Part shown: in pieces, positions 39,419-53,232 of the stretch
Layout of the letters: every line of letters starts with the position of its first letter
How positions within the stretch are numbered: the first letter of the stretch is position 1
Source of the DNA: the human T2T-CHM13v2.0 reference genome, Homo sapiens
DNA: 64,000 bases
Assembly: GCF_009914755.1 (NCBI RefSeq)
Contig: NC_060926.1
Reading direction: 5' to 3' (one strand)
The notes under the pieces: model-generated
Told to the model about the DNA's origin: nothing
Seen by the model: the letters and a program-made list of their open reading frames with translations, nothing else
Database searches by the model: none
Translations under genes and position numbers: made by a program

Positions 39419-40067
39419 GAAAATAAAAACATAAACAATACATATTTACTGGCTCAGTTAATGAAATGGCCCTGACTCAGAGGTAGACAGATAGATCGTT
39501 AAACCAGACTAGAAGAGCCATAAATCCATTTTTATACATGGGAATGAAATAGTTTTTGTTATTTGCTTTTTAAGGGGAAGATATATTTCAATTATGTGAA
39601 AAAGGATGGTTTACTTAACAGCTGGAACCTTCATGATTGCCTTTATTCATTTGGAAGAAAATGAAGCTAGATCTACCTCATACCATAAAAATTATGTTAG
39701 ATTGATTAAACATCTAAATGTAAAAAATAAAATTGTGAGGTTGTAAACAAAAGTGAACAATTATGAACTGTGAAGTTTAGATAACTCAGGAGAATTTTGT
39801 GTAATTTCTGGGTGTGTATGCTTCAAGGGAGTGGGATGAAAAGAAGACTCAGAAGTCATAAATGAAGATTGATAGATTTGATTTCATGACCATTTAGTTT
39901 ATAATAGCAAAAGATAGAAACAAAATTTCAGTGAGGAGAAACTAATTGCCACATATTTGACAAATATATAGTGAGAGCTACCTCCTGATAAGAGACAATC
40001 ACTTCACTAGAAATATGCACAAATAATATGAAAAAGATTTTTTTTAAATGAAGAAATACACATGGCT

Positions 40068-40185
40068 CCTGCCAAAGCCTGGGCACGGGAGCCTGGCTGG
40101 GAGTTCACCCTCGGCCCCTTTGTGTTGCCAGTTTATTATCACCAGATAAAACAGTTAAATGGAGACTTAAAAAAAAAAAGAAAGA
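40068..40185 (+). pseudogene. Very short 5'-truncated retrocopy of an mRNA 3' end (parent not identified)
   Basis: 17-bp TSD AAGAAATACACmTGGCT (40051-40067 / 40186-40202), GATAAA at 40145, poly(A) from 40169. Confidence 0.7.
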
Positions 40186-40778
40186 AAGAAATACACCTGG
40201 CTAGTAGATATGAAAAGATGCTTGACAGTGACACACACACACACACGCACACACACACATACACACCATCAGAGTCATTCATTCTTTCAAGAAATATTTG
40301 CTGATTTTCTACTGCGTACCAACTATCATTCTCTGTATTGGAAATAAAGCAGTGAAGAAAACAGACAAATATCCCTGACCTCAGGGAGCTTACATTTCTA
40401 GTGGAGGAAGATGGAAAAGAAACAAATAAATAAATTATTGGTATATCAGAAGGTGATAAGTGCTGTGCAAATAAATAAAGCCATATAAGGGGCCCACATA
40501 AAGGAAATGAAAGAAATTTCATAAGTTACTTTGCCTAACTCTAGGGAAATGTTTGAAAATCTAGATGAAATGGATGCTTTTCAAGCAAAATATAAATTAC
40601 CAAATTCATTGTGGAAGAGAGAGAAATTCTTATCCAACTAAATATCATAAAGTATCAAGAGAAAATTAGAGAAGAACAACTCTCAGAAAAAGCACCAAAC
40701 AAGATATTTCAAAGGTGAATTATTTCAAACTTTAAAGAACAGGTAAGTCCAATGATATTTAAAGTATTTCAGGTTTGA

Positions 40779-41219
<441 letters not shown>

Positions 41220-42180
41220 TAGCATTCCCACTATGATGATTCTAGCCTTTAGAAATTAAAGCATAATTTGGTAAGTCTTTGTATACAGCAGTGTTTGCAG
41301 TAGCAAAAAGACTGGAAACAACTTCAGTGTTCAACAACAGGCTGAATAATTGCTGAGGCAGCTATACTATGAATATTATACAATTATTTAAAAAAGGATT
41401 ATATGGTTTACTTGGAGAAATGTCAGTAATCAGAAAAGCAAATAGCTAATGTGTGAAAAAAGAAAACATTTCCTGTTACATGCAAATAATGTGTTTGTAT
41501 GAATATAAAGAAATGTATGGAAGGAAACTTATCAAATGTTAACATGGGTTATTTGGTGTTTAGGGGGAGCTTGTTGGCTTTTTCTTTGTTGTTTTTGATT
41601 TGTTGTCCCTAGCAGGATTTTTGGTTTGAAATGAAAATCCGATAAGATATCTTTTTAAAACGACTTTTCTTTTTAGTCTTTCAAATGCTTGTTTTAATGT
41701 GAATAAAAGAAATGCATTTGCTTGAGTGCTAGGTAAAACCGATGTGTGAGACTCAGGGTGGGTGGTGTGATTTGTGTGGTATGCATACGGCAGGGCTTGT
41801 AGCTTTACCAGATTTTGAACAATGACTGGGTTTTCATATTGGTGTAGTACAGCCACCTCGAGAAGATAAAACATTGCATAACACAGTTCTTTAACGTCTG
41901 TCATCCCAAGGTTTTCCATGGGTAAAATGGAGATTACAAATATCTACCACACAGATAGGGCTTTTTATTGTGAAATGACAAAAGAATTTTCAGAGTGTTA
42001 AAGTTTTAGCTGAATAGCTTTGGTTGAATTCTACTTTACAGTTTTGAGTAGCTATGACACACATCATTGCCATAGGGATCAAAAGGTGCAAGGTGACAGG
42101 ATAAAAGCAGGCAAAATCTTGACCATACAAAGCATTATATTAACGTGCTAGGCGCGAATATAACCTGTTATAATATAATG

Positions 42181-42468
42181 TTGTTATTATTATTTGAGAT
42201 GGAGTCTCACTCTGTTGCCCAGGCTGGAGTGCAGTGGTGCAATCTTCCCTCACTGCAACCTCCGCCTCCCGGGTTCAAGCAATTCACCTGCCTCAGCACC
42301 CCCTAGTAGCTGGGACTACAGGCGCGCGCCACCGGCTATTTTTTGTGTTTTTAGTAACGGGGTTTCACCCTGTTGGCCGGGCTGGTCTCGAACTCCTGAC
42401 CTCAGATGATCCACCCACCTCGGTCTCCCAAAGTGCTGGGATTACAGGCGTGAACCACCGCGCCTGGC
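42181..42468 (-). mobile_element. AluS immediately upstream of the promoter
   Basis: Reverse Alu consensus; flanking repeat TATAATGTTrTTATT. Confidence 0.92.
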
Positions 42469-42594
42469 CATATAATGTTATTATTGAAGGCACAAATGAT
42501 CAGGGAAGACTTCATGAAGGAGGTGAGACAATATAGGTCTTAAAAGGATGAGCGGTTTGGAGAGGACAGGCACAGAACCAGCAAAAGAGTGAAG

Positions 42595-43440
42595 ACGGCG
42601 CTGGAGTTTTTTTTTTTTTTTGCCGCAGGCGCCTTCGCCGCCACCACGCGGGAGCGCCCCCTTCCGGGAGCCCGCTCCGCCCGGCTCTTCTCGGGCTTCG
42701 GGCGAGCGCGGTGCCAGCGGTACGCAGGCGCCGGGAGCCTACGAGGGCTCGCAGGAGCTGGGAGGCGCGCATGCGTGCAGCTCTTTGGAGGCGGTAGCTT
42801 TTTCGGCGTCGAGACTGGAGGCTGAGTGCTAAACTGTGTGGGGCGCGGATGGGATCCAGCTGTTAGTCGGGTAGGCATAGGTAGGACCGCTGCCCTGTGG
42901 GGAGTAGGGGGTTGGAAGGCGGAGGCCGGTATCGTGGGGGTCCTGAGCCCTTCCTGTGAGATCCGGGCCGACTATTGTATCGGTGTCGCAGCGGCTCCGC
43001 ACAAAATGGCGGCGGGCAGACGGCGGGGGCGGGAGGAGGTTGGGGGACCCCCGGGATGGGAAGGGAAGCTGTGCTGTGCTGCCCTGCTCCGTCGTTTATT
43101 CACTTCGCTACCCGGGAGGGCCCGTCCGGGTACTCGTGAAGGACCCTGCCTCGAGAAGAGCTGCCTGACGCCGTTGCACTGGGCCGAGGATCGTGAAGAG
43201 CCCTTTGGCGAGGCCGAGGCGGCCCCTTCCCCAGCAGCGCCCGGCCTGCCGAGGCTGCGCTGGGCCTGACAGCCGAGGAAGCGGTGGTGAGGGAATGCCG
43301 AGCAGGGAGGAAGCGTTCCGGTCGGGCCCGAAGAGGCGGTGGAGTTTGAGCCGAGCCCTCTGACCAGCGACATTGTGCAAGAAGCGTGGAGAGAAGAGCG
43401 TGTTTGTGTTTGGGGTTGGGGAGGGGGTGTCGGGATGAAG
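42595..43440. promoter_or_regulatory. ZNF638: CpG-island promoter of ZNF638
   Basis: Only GC/CpG-dense non-Alu block in the window. ETS-type CTTCCGG at ~42661, NRF1-type GCGCATGCGT at 42767-42776, YY1 CAAAATGGCGGC at 43002-43013, T15 tract at the 5' edge, no TATA box. Confidence 0.92.
42780..42880 (+). other. ZNF638: ZNF638 first exon (TSS approximate); tandem donors after 42870 and 42880
   Basis: Lies inside the CpG island just 3' of an NRF1 site. Donors CGG|GTAGGC and TAG|GTAGGA are followed by G-rich intronic sequence. The start is inferred, not seen. Confidence 0.7.
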
Positions 43441-44649
43441 GAGGGAATGTTAGGATCCAGCGGCTTTTCCGGGCTGGTGTTCTGTGCTGCGTAGTGCAGG
43501 TATGAAACCAAAGAAAATATCACCTCTGTGGGAGACTGAGGACTCATAAATGGTTGTGATACCTAACAGTATTTCCAAATTTCTCAGAGGAATTGTGAAA
43601 ACAGAACGTTAGTGAATTGTTTTTGTGTGATTCTTAGCTTGGGCCCCGTTCTCTTAAAGGAAGGGGGAATGTATATATCACAGACTGGAATCCTTGAGAA
43701 CGTTTGAAATAGATCTTTTGTTGTTTGAGGTAATTGTTAATGAGGGATACTTCAGTATTACAAAATCATGGATTGAGCTATAGAGTGAAGGCTACCTGAA
43801 GCTAATTTTTCTTAATCTTAAAATTTGTCCTTAGGCGAAGTTTGGGGCCAGGACCAGAAATTGTAGTAGTTTAAAGGAGTCCCGATGAAAAACTTGTCAC
43901 CAGGATCCAGCGATTTATGTTCAAGTACTTTTTCCAACGAGCTCTGGAATTTTGCACAAAAAATTTTCTGCTTTTTCCCCTCATTTGTTGTAAAGGATTA
44001 TTTTTTCAGGGATGTTGTGCTTGCTGGTTCAGATTTACAATTAAAAATTGATAACCTGGAGAAAAGGATTGACCAAAAAAAGGTGAATTTAAGGAAGTTT
44101 TCGGAGAAAAACAAACATGTAAATGACATTCAAATAGCTTTAAATTTTGTTAATGATTAGACATTTGAGACTTAGTGGACTTATGTTGCTGTCTTTTAAA
44201 AAAGTTTGACAGCATTTTATATTTTATTTTGTACTCCATATTCTGTAATATGTACTTCTAAATAATTACAGGGCGTCCCAGCATGTTATACATTAAAATA
44301 TGCTGGGCCATTCCTTCCTTGGGGATTTATTTGTCTTGGAACCAAGAAAGGGTAAATATAACAGTTGGAAGAAATCACAAAATCTTATTCGTTTTTATTA
44401 ACTAGTTTTCATAATGTGTTTATGGTCACATATTTATTGTATATTGGTTGTATTTGTTTTGTAATCCTTTTTTGCATTTTGTTTTGGAGGGTGTATACGG
44501 CAGGTACTCTAGGTTAAAAAGGTTTAGGTACTGTAGTTTAAAAAAGTCATCACTTTGTACTTGACTATCTTAGGGTTTTTCTTGGGTGCTCTTAAGTAGG
44601 TGATCTCCGGAAATTTTGTTTTTATGTAAGTGGAAGAAAATGAGACAAG

Positions 44650-44890
44650 TAGTTTAGTGGAAAGAGAATAGGCTTTGCAGTCGGAAGATCTGGATTCACA
44701 TCTCCCTTTTCCTCAGTATGTGTGAGACTTTGGTAAATTATTTTAGTCTTTCTGAGCTTTTGTTTCCTTATCTCTAAAATGGTGACATTATTACTTCCTG
44801 CTTGGGATTTTTGTGAGTGACTGTTAAGTGAGACAGTGTATGGAAAGCTCGTATTCCTTGGCACATACTAGGTGCTTAATGTTAGCTGTT
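44650..44890 (+). mobile_element. MIR
   Basis: gtttagtggaaagag...tctctaaaatgg...ttggcacatactaggtgcttaatgttagct. Confidence 0.78.
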
Positions 44891-45645
44891 ACTTGTATTT
44901 CAAAATTGAAGTGCTTAGGCAGCATTATTTGATAGAAAATTATAATCTGTGGGTATTCTCTTCTAATTAAACGGCTTAAAAGGATTTAGAGTAATAGAAT
45001 TTTGGAGTTGAAAGGCCCTCTAATCTAACTTTCATTAAAATATTTTGTGCTTCTATAAACTTTTTACATGCCTTTCTTGTAGAACTTATCAATATATATT
45101 GTAACCATTTATATGATTGTTACGTTAGTCTTTGTATCTTTCCCAGTGCCTGGTATGTATTAGATGCTCAGATGTTGAGTGAATGAACTCAGCTGGTAGT
45201 CACCAGAGCCTGGACTCTAAATCATGCTCTTTCCACTGTACCTTAATGTATACTGATTAAGGTTTGGACTAAATTTGTCCAAATCCTTAATAAAATGCCT
45301 TATATACTTAGAAACAGTACTTCCAGTATTGGTACCCAGTAACATAGCTTGGGCTGTTTTGCAAGGAAACAGGCGCTAATGAATGCTGCCATGTAGTGGT
45401 TTTAGAGACTCTCCAAATTGAAAGTAATTATGTTTGTGGCTAAAGCTAATAAGCCCTCATGTGTATCCAGCTTATCTACTCTTAATTGCTTTAACTTTGT
45501 TTAGTGTTTTGAAATTTGTGATGGAAAATTAAAATGGAAGGAAAATAAGTATATAGAAGATGAGAAGAGAATAATGGAAAGGAAAAAGAGTGAGGAAAAG
45601 GTGAGATGTAGAAATAAAACACACAACTGTAATAATGCGGGTGAG

Positions 45646-46345
<700 letters not shown>

Positions 46346-47092
46346 TGTTTTCTTCATGGTTACCCTAAGGAACATACATTTTGGATTATTTTTTAATTCT
46401 TTTGAACCAAAATATATTTATTGTTCATTCAAGTTTTAAAAAAAATTTCCTATCTTATTTCCACAGTCGGTTAAACTTTTAGCTAACTTGCCTATTGTCT
46501 CTGCTGAGTTAAAGTTGCCAACTTTTGTTTTAAATATTTTTACCAAAAAAAAAGAAACAAAACCATTTTACTATGGAAAATTTTAAACATATACAAAAGT
46601 AGAGAGAATGATACTAATTCATTCATGTGCCTGTCCAGTTTCAATTATCTAGCTAATGGTCAGTCTTGTTTCATCTCTACTTGCTTATTTTTAAACAAAT
46701 GCTTCTATCAGTTCAATATATAGTTCAGAATTTTCTCTAGAGTGTTTAGAAGAAAACATGCATATTACACGTAAAACAACAGTAACTATGAGTAATTAAT
46801 TTTAATGTCAGATATTCAGACAGATATCAAATTTCCCCAGTTGTAACTCACTACCTCCCACCCCCATGCATATGTGGTAAAGGTTGTTGGAGTCAGGATC
46901 CAACTAATGTTCATAATTCATTTATAATTGGTTACGATTGATAACTCTCAAGTCTATAAACTCCCCACCTACCTTTTCTTAGAGTTTACTTGAAGAAAAA
47001 CTTTGCTTTTTATACATTATTTAGATAATCTTTTGCTTCATCAGCATCTGAATTCATGAATTTTGATGTGACTTTAAAAATGTACTTGATAA

Positions 47093-47400
47093 GGCCGGGG
47101 CACGGTGGCTCACGCCTGTAATCCCAGCACTTTGGGAGGCCGAGGCAGGCGGATCATCTGAGGTCGGGAGCTTAAGACCAGCCTGACCAACATGGAGAAA
47201 CCCCGTCTCTACTAAAAATACAAAATTAGCTGGGGTGGTGGTGCATGTCTGTAATCCCAGCTACTCGGGAGGCTGAGGTAGGAGAATCGCTTGAAGCCGG
47301 GAGGCGGAGGTTGCGGTGAGCCGAGATTTGCGCCCTTGCACTCCAACCAGGGCAACAAGAGTGAAATTCCATCTCCAAAAAAAAAAAAAAAAACCAAAAA
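47093..47400 (+). mobile_element. AluSp
   Basis: gaggtcgggag, cctgaccaacatggagaaa, ggttgcggtgag. Confidence 0.92.
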
Positions 47401-47647
47401 AACACAAGTGCGTGTTAAACAAATTGCTAGATCTCAATATAGGAAATACTGAAAGAAAGGTGGATGTAAGCAATTAACTCCTATGTCTAATATAATTTTC
47501 AAAAATTACTCGTCTTACTAAAAGAAAGAAACACCTATTAAGCATTTTGTTTACTGTTGAGCATTTTTTGAGCACCTGTTGCATGTCAGGATTTACAATT
47601 TTAGTTAATCTTCACAGCAGCATTCCCAATGGGTACTGTTGTTTCAT

Positions 47648-47801
47648 TTTCACAGGATGAAACAGGCTTGGATTAACCAGCTTGCTCCGGGTAACATTGT
47701 TAGCAAGCAGTGGGACCAGAGTTATTTCACAGGATGAAATAGGCTTGGATTAACCAGCTTGCTCAGGGTAACATTGTTAGCAAGCAGCAGGACCAGAGTT
47801 A
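47648..47801. repeat. 77-bp tandem duplication within a MIR-like fragment
   Basis: Copies 47648-47724 and 47725-47801, about 4 mismatches. Confidence 0.9.
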
Positions 47802-48409
47802 AAACACTGAATGTAGGGTCTAAGTTCTTAAAGACTGTGCTGCACTACCTCTCTAAAGCTGAATTAGTAGTGCTAAATTTTACTTAAGGAGTTAACTAAT
47901 TTTGCATGAAGTCATTCACTGGCACCCCTCCTAGCAGGGTGGGTATCTTCAGATCAGTGGAAATTTCCCCAAAGATTAGATTATTATGGATTGCATAATA
48001 GGCTGACTAACAGTCAATAGTTAGGAAGTGAACATGATGTAGAAAAGAAGGGCCAAATCCAAAAATGTGTTTAAGGCTGATGCTCTTTATTATACTGCAG
48101 GTTTTCTGCCTCTTGCCATATTGCCTATAGTTTTTTTTTTTTTTTTGACTTTGTATAAAGTAAGAAGATCACATAGTCCAATGTTGGACATGAAATGTTG
48201 TGCCATTAACTATATTTGAATGAATTTAAGTGACAGGTGGTGGGGGAGTTCCCTGTCTCCTGCATATATGGTTTTTTCCCGAAAAGTTTGACATTAAGTT
48301 GCATATATTGTGGTCCTTTATCTCTAAATACTTCAGTGTGTATTTCCTAAAAATATTTTCTTTCACAGTCATAGTTACCAACTTCAATGAATTTCACGTT
48401 TATAAAATC

Positions 48410-48697
48410 CTTTTTTATTTTTTTGAGGAAGTGTCTGGCTCTGTCACCTAGGCTGGAGTCCAGTGAGTGATCTCGGCTCACTGCAATCTCTGCCTCCTGG
48501 GCTCAAGCGATCCTCCCAAGTGGCTGGGAGTACTGGCTCAGGCGCGCACCACCATGCCTGGCTACGTTTTATATTTTTTGTAGAGATGGGATTTTGCCAT
48601 GTTGCCCAGGCTGGTCTCGAACTCCTGAGCTCAAGCATTCCACCTGTCTCGGCCTCCCAAAGTAGTAAGATTACGTGCATGAGCCAATGCGCAGCCT
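48410..48697 (-). mobile_element. AluJ within an old L1M 3' region (~48290-50090)
   Basis: Reverse Alu consensus; flanking L1MC/ME-like motifs. Confidence 0.85.
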
Positions 48698-50142
48698 ATA
48701 AAATTATTCAGTCTACTATTTGTATTCTGGTTTTTGTCAATTGACCCAATATTGTTTTTTATAGCAGTTTTTTTTTCCCCCTCCAGTACAGGACTAAACT
48801 AAGATCAGATGTTGCATTTAGTTGTTATGTCTTTTTAATCTTCCTTAGTCTGGAACATTTCCATAGTCTGCCTTTATCTTTTGTGAAGTTGACATTTTTG
48901 AAGAATACAATCTGCTTTGCTTTTCTCTTTAATAGAGCACTTCTCATTTTGGATTTATCTGATGTTTCCTCTTGATTAGATGTAGATTATATGTCCCTGG
49001 GCAGAAAAATCACGTAACTAATGCTATGTCCCCAGGATATCAGATCTGGAGATTTACCATTTCCATTTGCCCTTCATGCATGATACTATGTGTGAGCATA
49101 TGCTATGGTTAAAGTGCTTGTTTCCCCCCACTCCCCCTGGAATTAATCTCTGGAGAGACGTTTTAAGACCATGCAAATATCCTGCTCATTAGAATTTACC
49201 TCTGTAACACCCACTCATGATTCTTACCTGAACCATCCTTTACTATGATGGTTGCAAAATGATTTTCTACTCCAACTGTTATTCTACATTTAGTAGTAGG
49301 TACTCAGCACTCTATAAGAGCTTCCCTTCTTCCGCATTGATTAATTTATTGCTATGTATTTATGGACTCTGTTTTTTCCAGTGTTTGATAATTTATTACT
49401 CTTCAGTTCTTTCTTGCTTTCTCCTATTTCCTATTTGTATTTCTTGTCTTTCACAATGAAAGCCCTAAGTTCCTAGCACCATCAAAACATTTACTTACTT
49501 GCTCAAACTTATGATGTATCTAAAGTAGTTTCAGAATTGCTTCATCCATACCACTACAAAAAATAAAATTACTAAAAAGAGTGAAAATTCGTTATTCTTC
49601 TCTTTCCCTTAGCTCCATCAAAACTGAGGTACATAAATCGTTTTTTATTTATTTATTTTCCTGGGGGGCTGTAACACTCGGGGTGTGGCCTCCTGTGAGG
49701 TACATAAATTGAATAGTGGTTTATAAGTTCTTGGATTAGTTTTCTTTTTCCCCTTCAATGTATTGTGGTATGCATTTGAAATATGATTGGATTAGTTTGC
49801 TTTCAGTGTTAGATATTTTTCTCCATCCCATCCTTACTGATTTTAAAAATATATGTAAATTGTTAACATGTTTCCAAAGGTTAAAACTGTATAGTAAGAT
49901 GCTCCTTGAAATAACATTACCATATCCCTTCAATCCTTTCTATCCATTACCCCTTATAGATTACCAGCTTCATCGTTTTCTGTATTATTCTTCCTTTGTT
50001 TCTTTGTGCTAACCATAAAGAGGTATATGTATGTTTTCCTGTTTTCCTTTTTTGTTTAACACAAAAGATGGCATACTGTATGCTCATCTGCACTTGTAAA
50101 GACTTCAAGGCTTAAGGCTTTTAATGCATTTAGTCGGTTTAG

Positions 50143-50442
50143 GTTTTTTTTTTTTTTTTTATTGAGACGGAGTCTCACTTGCACCCAGGCTGGAGTGCAG
50201 TGGCACCATCTCAGTGCACTGCAGCCTCCACCTCCCAGGTGCAAGTAGATTCTCCTGCCTCAGCCTCCTGAGTGGCTGGGATTACAGGCGCCTGCCAGCA
50301 CACCCGGCTAATTTTTATATTTTTAGTAGAGACAGGGTTTCACCATGTTGGTCAGGCTGGTCTTGAATTCCTGACCTGGTGATCCGCCCTCCTCAGCCTC
50401 CCAAAGTGCTGGGATTACAGGCATGAGCCACCGCGCCCGGCC
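50143..50442 (-). mobile_element. AluS
   Basis: Reverse Alu consensus; flanking repeat GTTTAGGT. Confidence 0.92.
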
Positions 50443-53106
50443 AGTTTAGGTATATTTAATTGAAGATTTTAGAACCCACTTTAGGTAAATGGAAACATTT
50501 TTTGGCCATGTTACTCCATGAAGAAAAGCAAATAACCAAATGGCAGAGAGGGCAAGGATGAGTTAGGCTTCAGAAACAATTGGGACTGGATATTGAATAC
50601 CTTCATTATTGTCTTTACTTCTTGGTCTTGCTTACCTCTGTTCCAGTGGCTTTTGTTGTTGTTGTTGTTTTATGGTGCAGTTTCTCAGTAAAGCAGTAAA
50701 TATGGCTGTTAACAGCATTTGAATTTTAGAAACATCTACCACTTTTCTCATTTCTAGTTTAACAAAAAATCCTAGGGAAGATTTCTTTGTTCCAGCTTGG
50801 ATAAGGTGTTTCCTCTTGGGCTAACCTGTTACACTTACTAGGAGTGTTTAGAGCAAGGCCACCAGTGCACATCTGCGGGGGAGCATCATTTACAATAAAT
50901 ACAGTGTTGTGCTCTAGAGGCCTGTTTACGTATGCAGGTCACATGCTCCTAAGAAATAAAAAGGTATATCTTACAATAGCCCATTTATCAAAAAATCATT
51001 TTCCTGAAATTGGTAACAATATTAAATCATTGCTATATGGGATTAATGCCTGGTTCTCATGGAGATCTCTTAACATTGTGCATTAGCAGTTTTCCATTTT
51101 TTTTCAAATCTGAAATCATGGTGTTTATCAATCCTTGCAGTTAGTAGTGAAATTTGGTGTTGCCCTTCATGATGCCAAATAACGTTTCTAATTTTCTGCT
51201 TATTTTTGCTTTCTGTTTCATTGACTGTTTCTTTGAAGGCACCACATTTTGGCATTTTAACGTGAAACATGGTACTCTCTGTCAACACTTGTGGCACCCT
51301 CAGAATTGTTACTTGCATGCCTTTTGTGAGACAAGAGAGGACAAAGACTAATAGTAAAGAAGTTGGCTGAGTGGCTTTATCTGCGTGGTAGGAGAGATCA
51401 GCAGATTGAGTACCAGGAAAGCACAGAATGACATGTTAGTTTTTATAGCTGAATAAACAATCAGCCTCTTCTATTAACTACCCATTGTAATAACTGCATT
51501 CTTAAGTACCAAAGTGAATTTATATATTCTGAGACAAACAGTGCTCTAACAAAGCAGTATCAAATGAGGTATATGGGTGTATGTCTAGAAAAATAATGTT
51601 AGTGGTAGTTTTCCCTTTGTGGGAAGATTATAGAATACTTTTTTTTCTTTCCTGCATGTTATAGGGTGGTTTTTCTTTTTGGGGGGCGGATTTTGAAACT
51701 GTATTGCTTTTTTATGATTAGAAATAAAGTTATAAAGTAGATTTACACTTAATGTATCTGGTATATGGAAAGAACACCAATGGGAGATGTTGTAATCTTG
51801 TTACTTCCTAGCTGTGTTTTACTTAATGTGTGAACTGGAATTCCTTTGCTCTTAAGGTCATTGTGAAGCTCAGACGAGATAATATTTAAAGTGCTTTGTA
51901 AACTTTAAAGTAGTGTAAGTCCAAAAGTATGGTGTTTGATATAAATCTTTTCCTTATAAGTCTGATGGAGCCATTATCTGATGGATTGATTTTTGATGAT
52001 GGTTTTGGATAAAGTCTGCCCATATCTGTAAAGAAAATTAAGGGCTCCCTTCCTTCTGAAAGACTGCGTCAAAATAATAGGCAGTTCTTGGTTGTCTGTG
52101 GTATTGGAGATCTCAGAAATACCTCACAGGATCTAATAGCGCTATCTTTTCAATTCATCAAGCCGTTTCATCATGGCTTCCTCAAGAACCCAGTTTCTAC
52201 TATGTTTCTGAAAGAATTTTTATGGTTGACATTATATTGAATATTTCTTGTTTTACAGTGGTATGTTTTAGTTCTTAAAAGGACATAAATGAGAGTTATT
52301 AGTTACTTGTTAAAACAGTTCAAAGGTTCAGCATGTTTTGTCACTATTAAGTATCCAGTTTTTGAAAAATAGTAAATTTAGAAAAATAAAATGTCAACTG
52401 AAAAGAGCAAATAGTATACTTCTAATTTTGTACAGTGTTTAATATACCCCACCCCCCCATCATGCGTGCATGAACGTACACTAAAGTAGATGAAACTATA
52501 CCAGAGTATTAATTTACTCTGGGTGATGGTTTTATTGGTAAGGATTTTGTTTGCAGGTTTATTGTTTCTGTAACAAGCACACATTACTTACATAACTAGG
52601 AATAAAACATTTATTTTAAAGGGTTAATGCTACTTAATTGCAGTTTTTTCCCCAACAAGTTAATAGTTAAGAACCCTGATCTCAACTCTTCGTTTTTCCA
52701 GGTTATTTATTTCATAAGATGACTATCCATAAATCTTCCGATGAACGAACCTCTTTATGACCAGAGCTCCTGGGGTTAAAGGAGAAAGGTTTTATAATGG
52801 CTGTCTTAATTTGTTTGGTGGTTTTCCAGGTATTAATGCCAAATTTGCCTTTGTTTAGTTTCTGTTTCTTATCACACTGTTTTCAGGTTACATCATTATC
52901 TTAAAAAGGCAGAGGCTTTATTTTCTTCGTTGTGATATAACCTAATTCTTAGAGGTTTCTTACCAAGATCACTTTGCTTGTTTTGCTTAATTTTATTTTC
53001 TAAATTTTACAAATTAATATTTTCCACCAAAAGGTGGAACGAAACAAAGACAGCAAAATATCAAACTGTTTAGTAATAGTTAAAAAAGTCAAGTGGGAAG
53101 GAAGGT

Positions 53107-53232
53107 TGAGGCTGAGGCAGGAGAATCGCTTGAACCCAGGAGGTGGAGGTTTCAGTGAGCTGAGGCTGCGTCACTGCACTCCAGCCTGGGTGACAGTGAG
53201 ACTCTGTCTCAAAAAAAAAAAAAAAAAAAAAA
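53107..53232 (+). mobile_element. 5'-truncated Alu (right arm)
   Basis: gaggctgaggcaggagaatcgc...A20; flanking repeat AAAAAAGTCA. Confidence 0.88.

Noticed and set aside
42512-43547. Overlapping 70-191 aa ORFs on both strands in the CpG island
   Set aside because: Expected from stop-codon scarcity in GC-rich DNA; no recognisable homology.
50849-50945. Hairpin TAGAGCA...TGCTCTA followed by a small hairpin and ACA
   Set aside because: No H box between the hairpins, and the sequence resembles a MER91-type palindromic DNA-transposon remnant.
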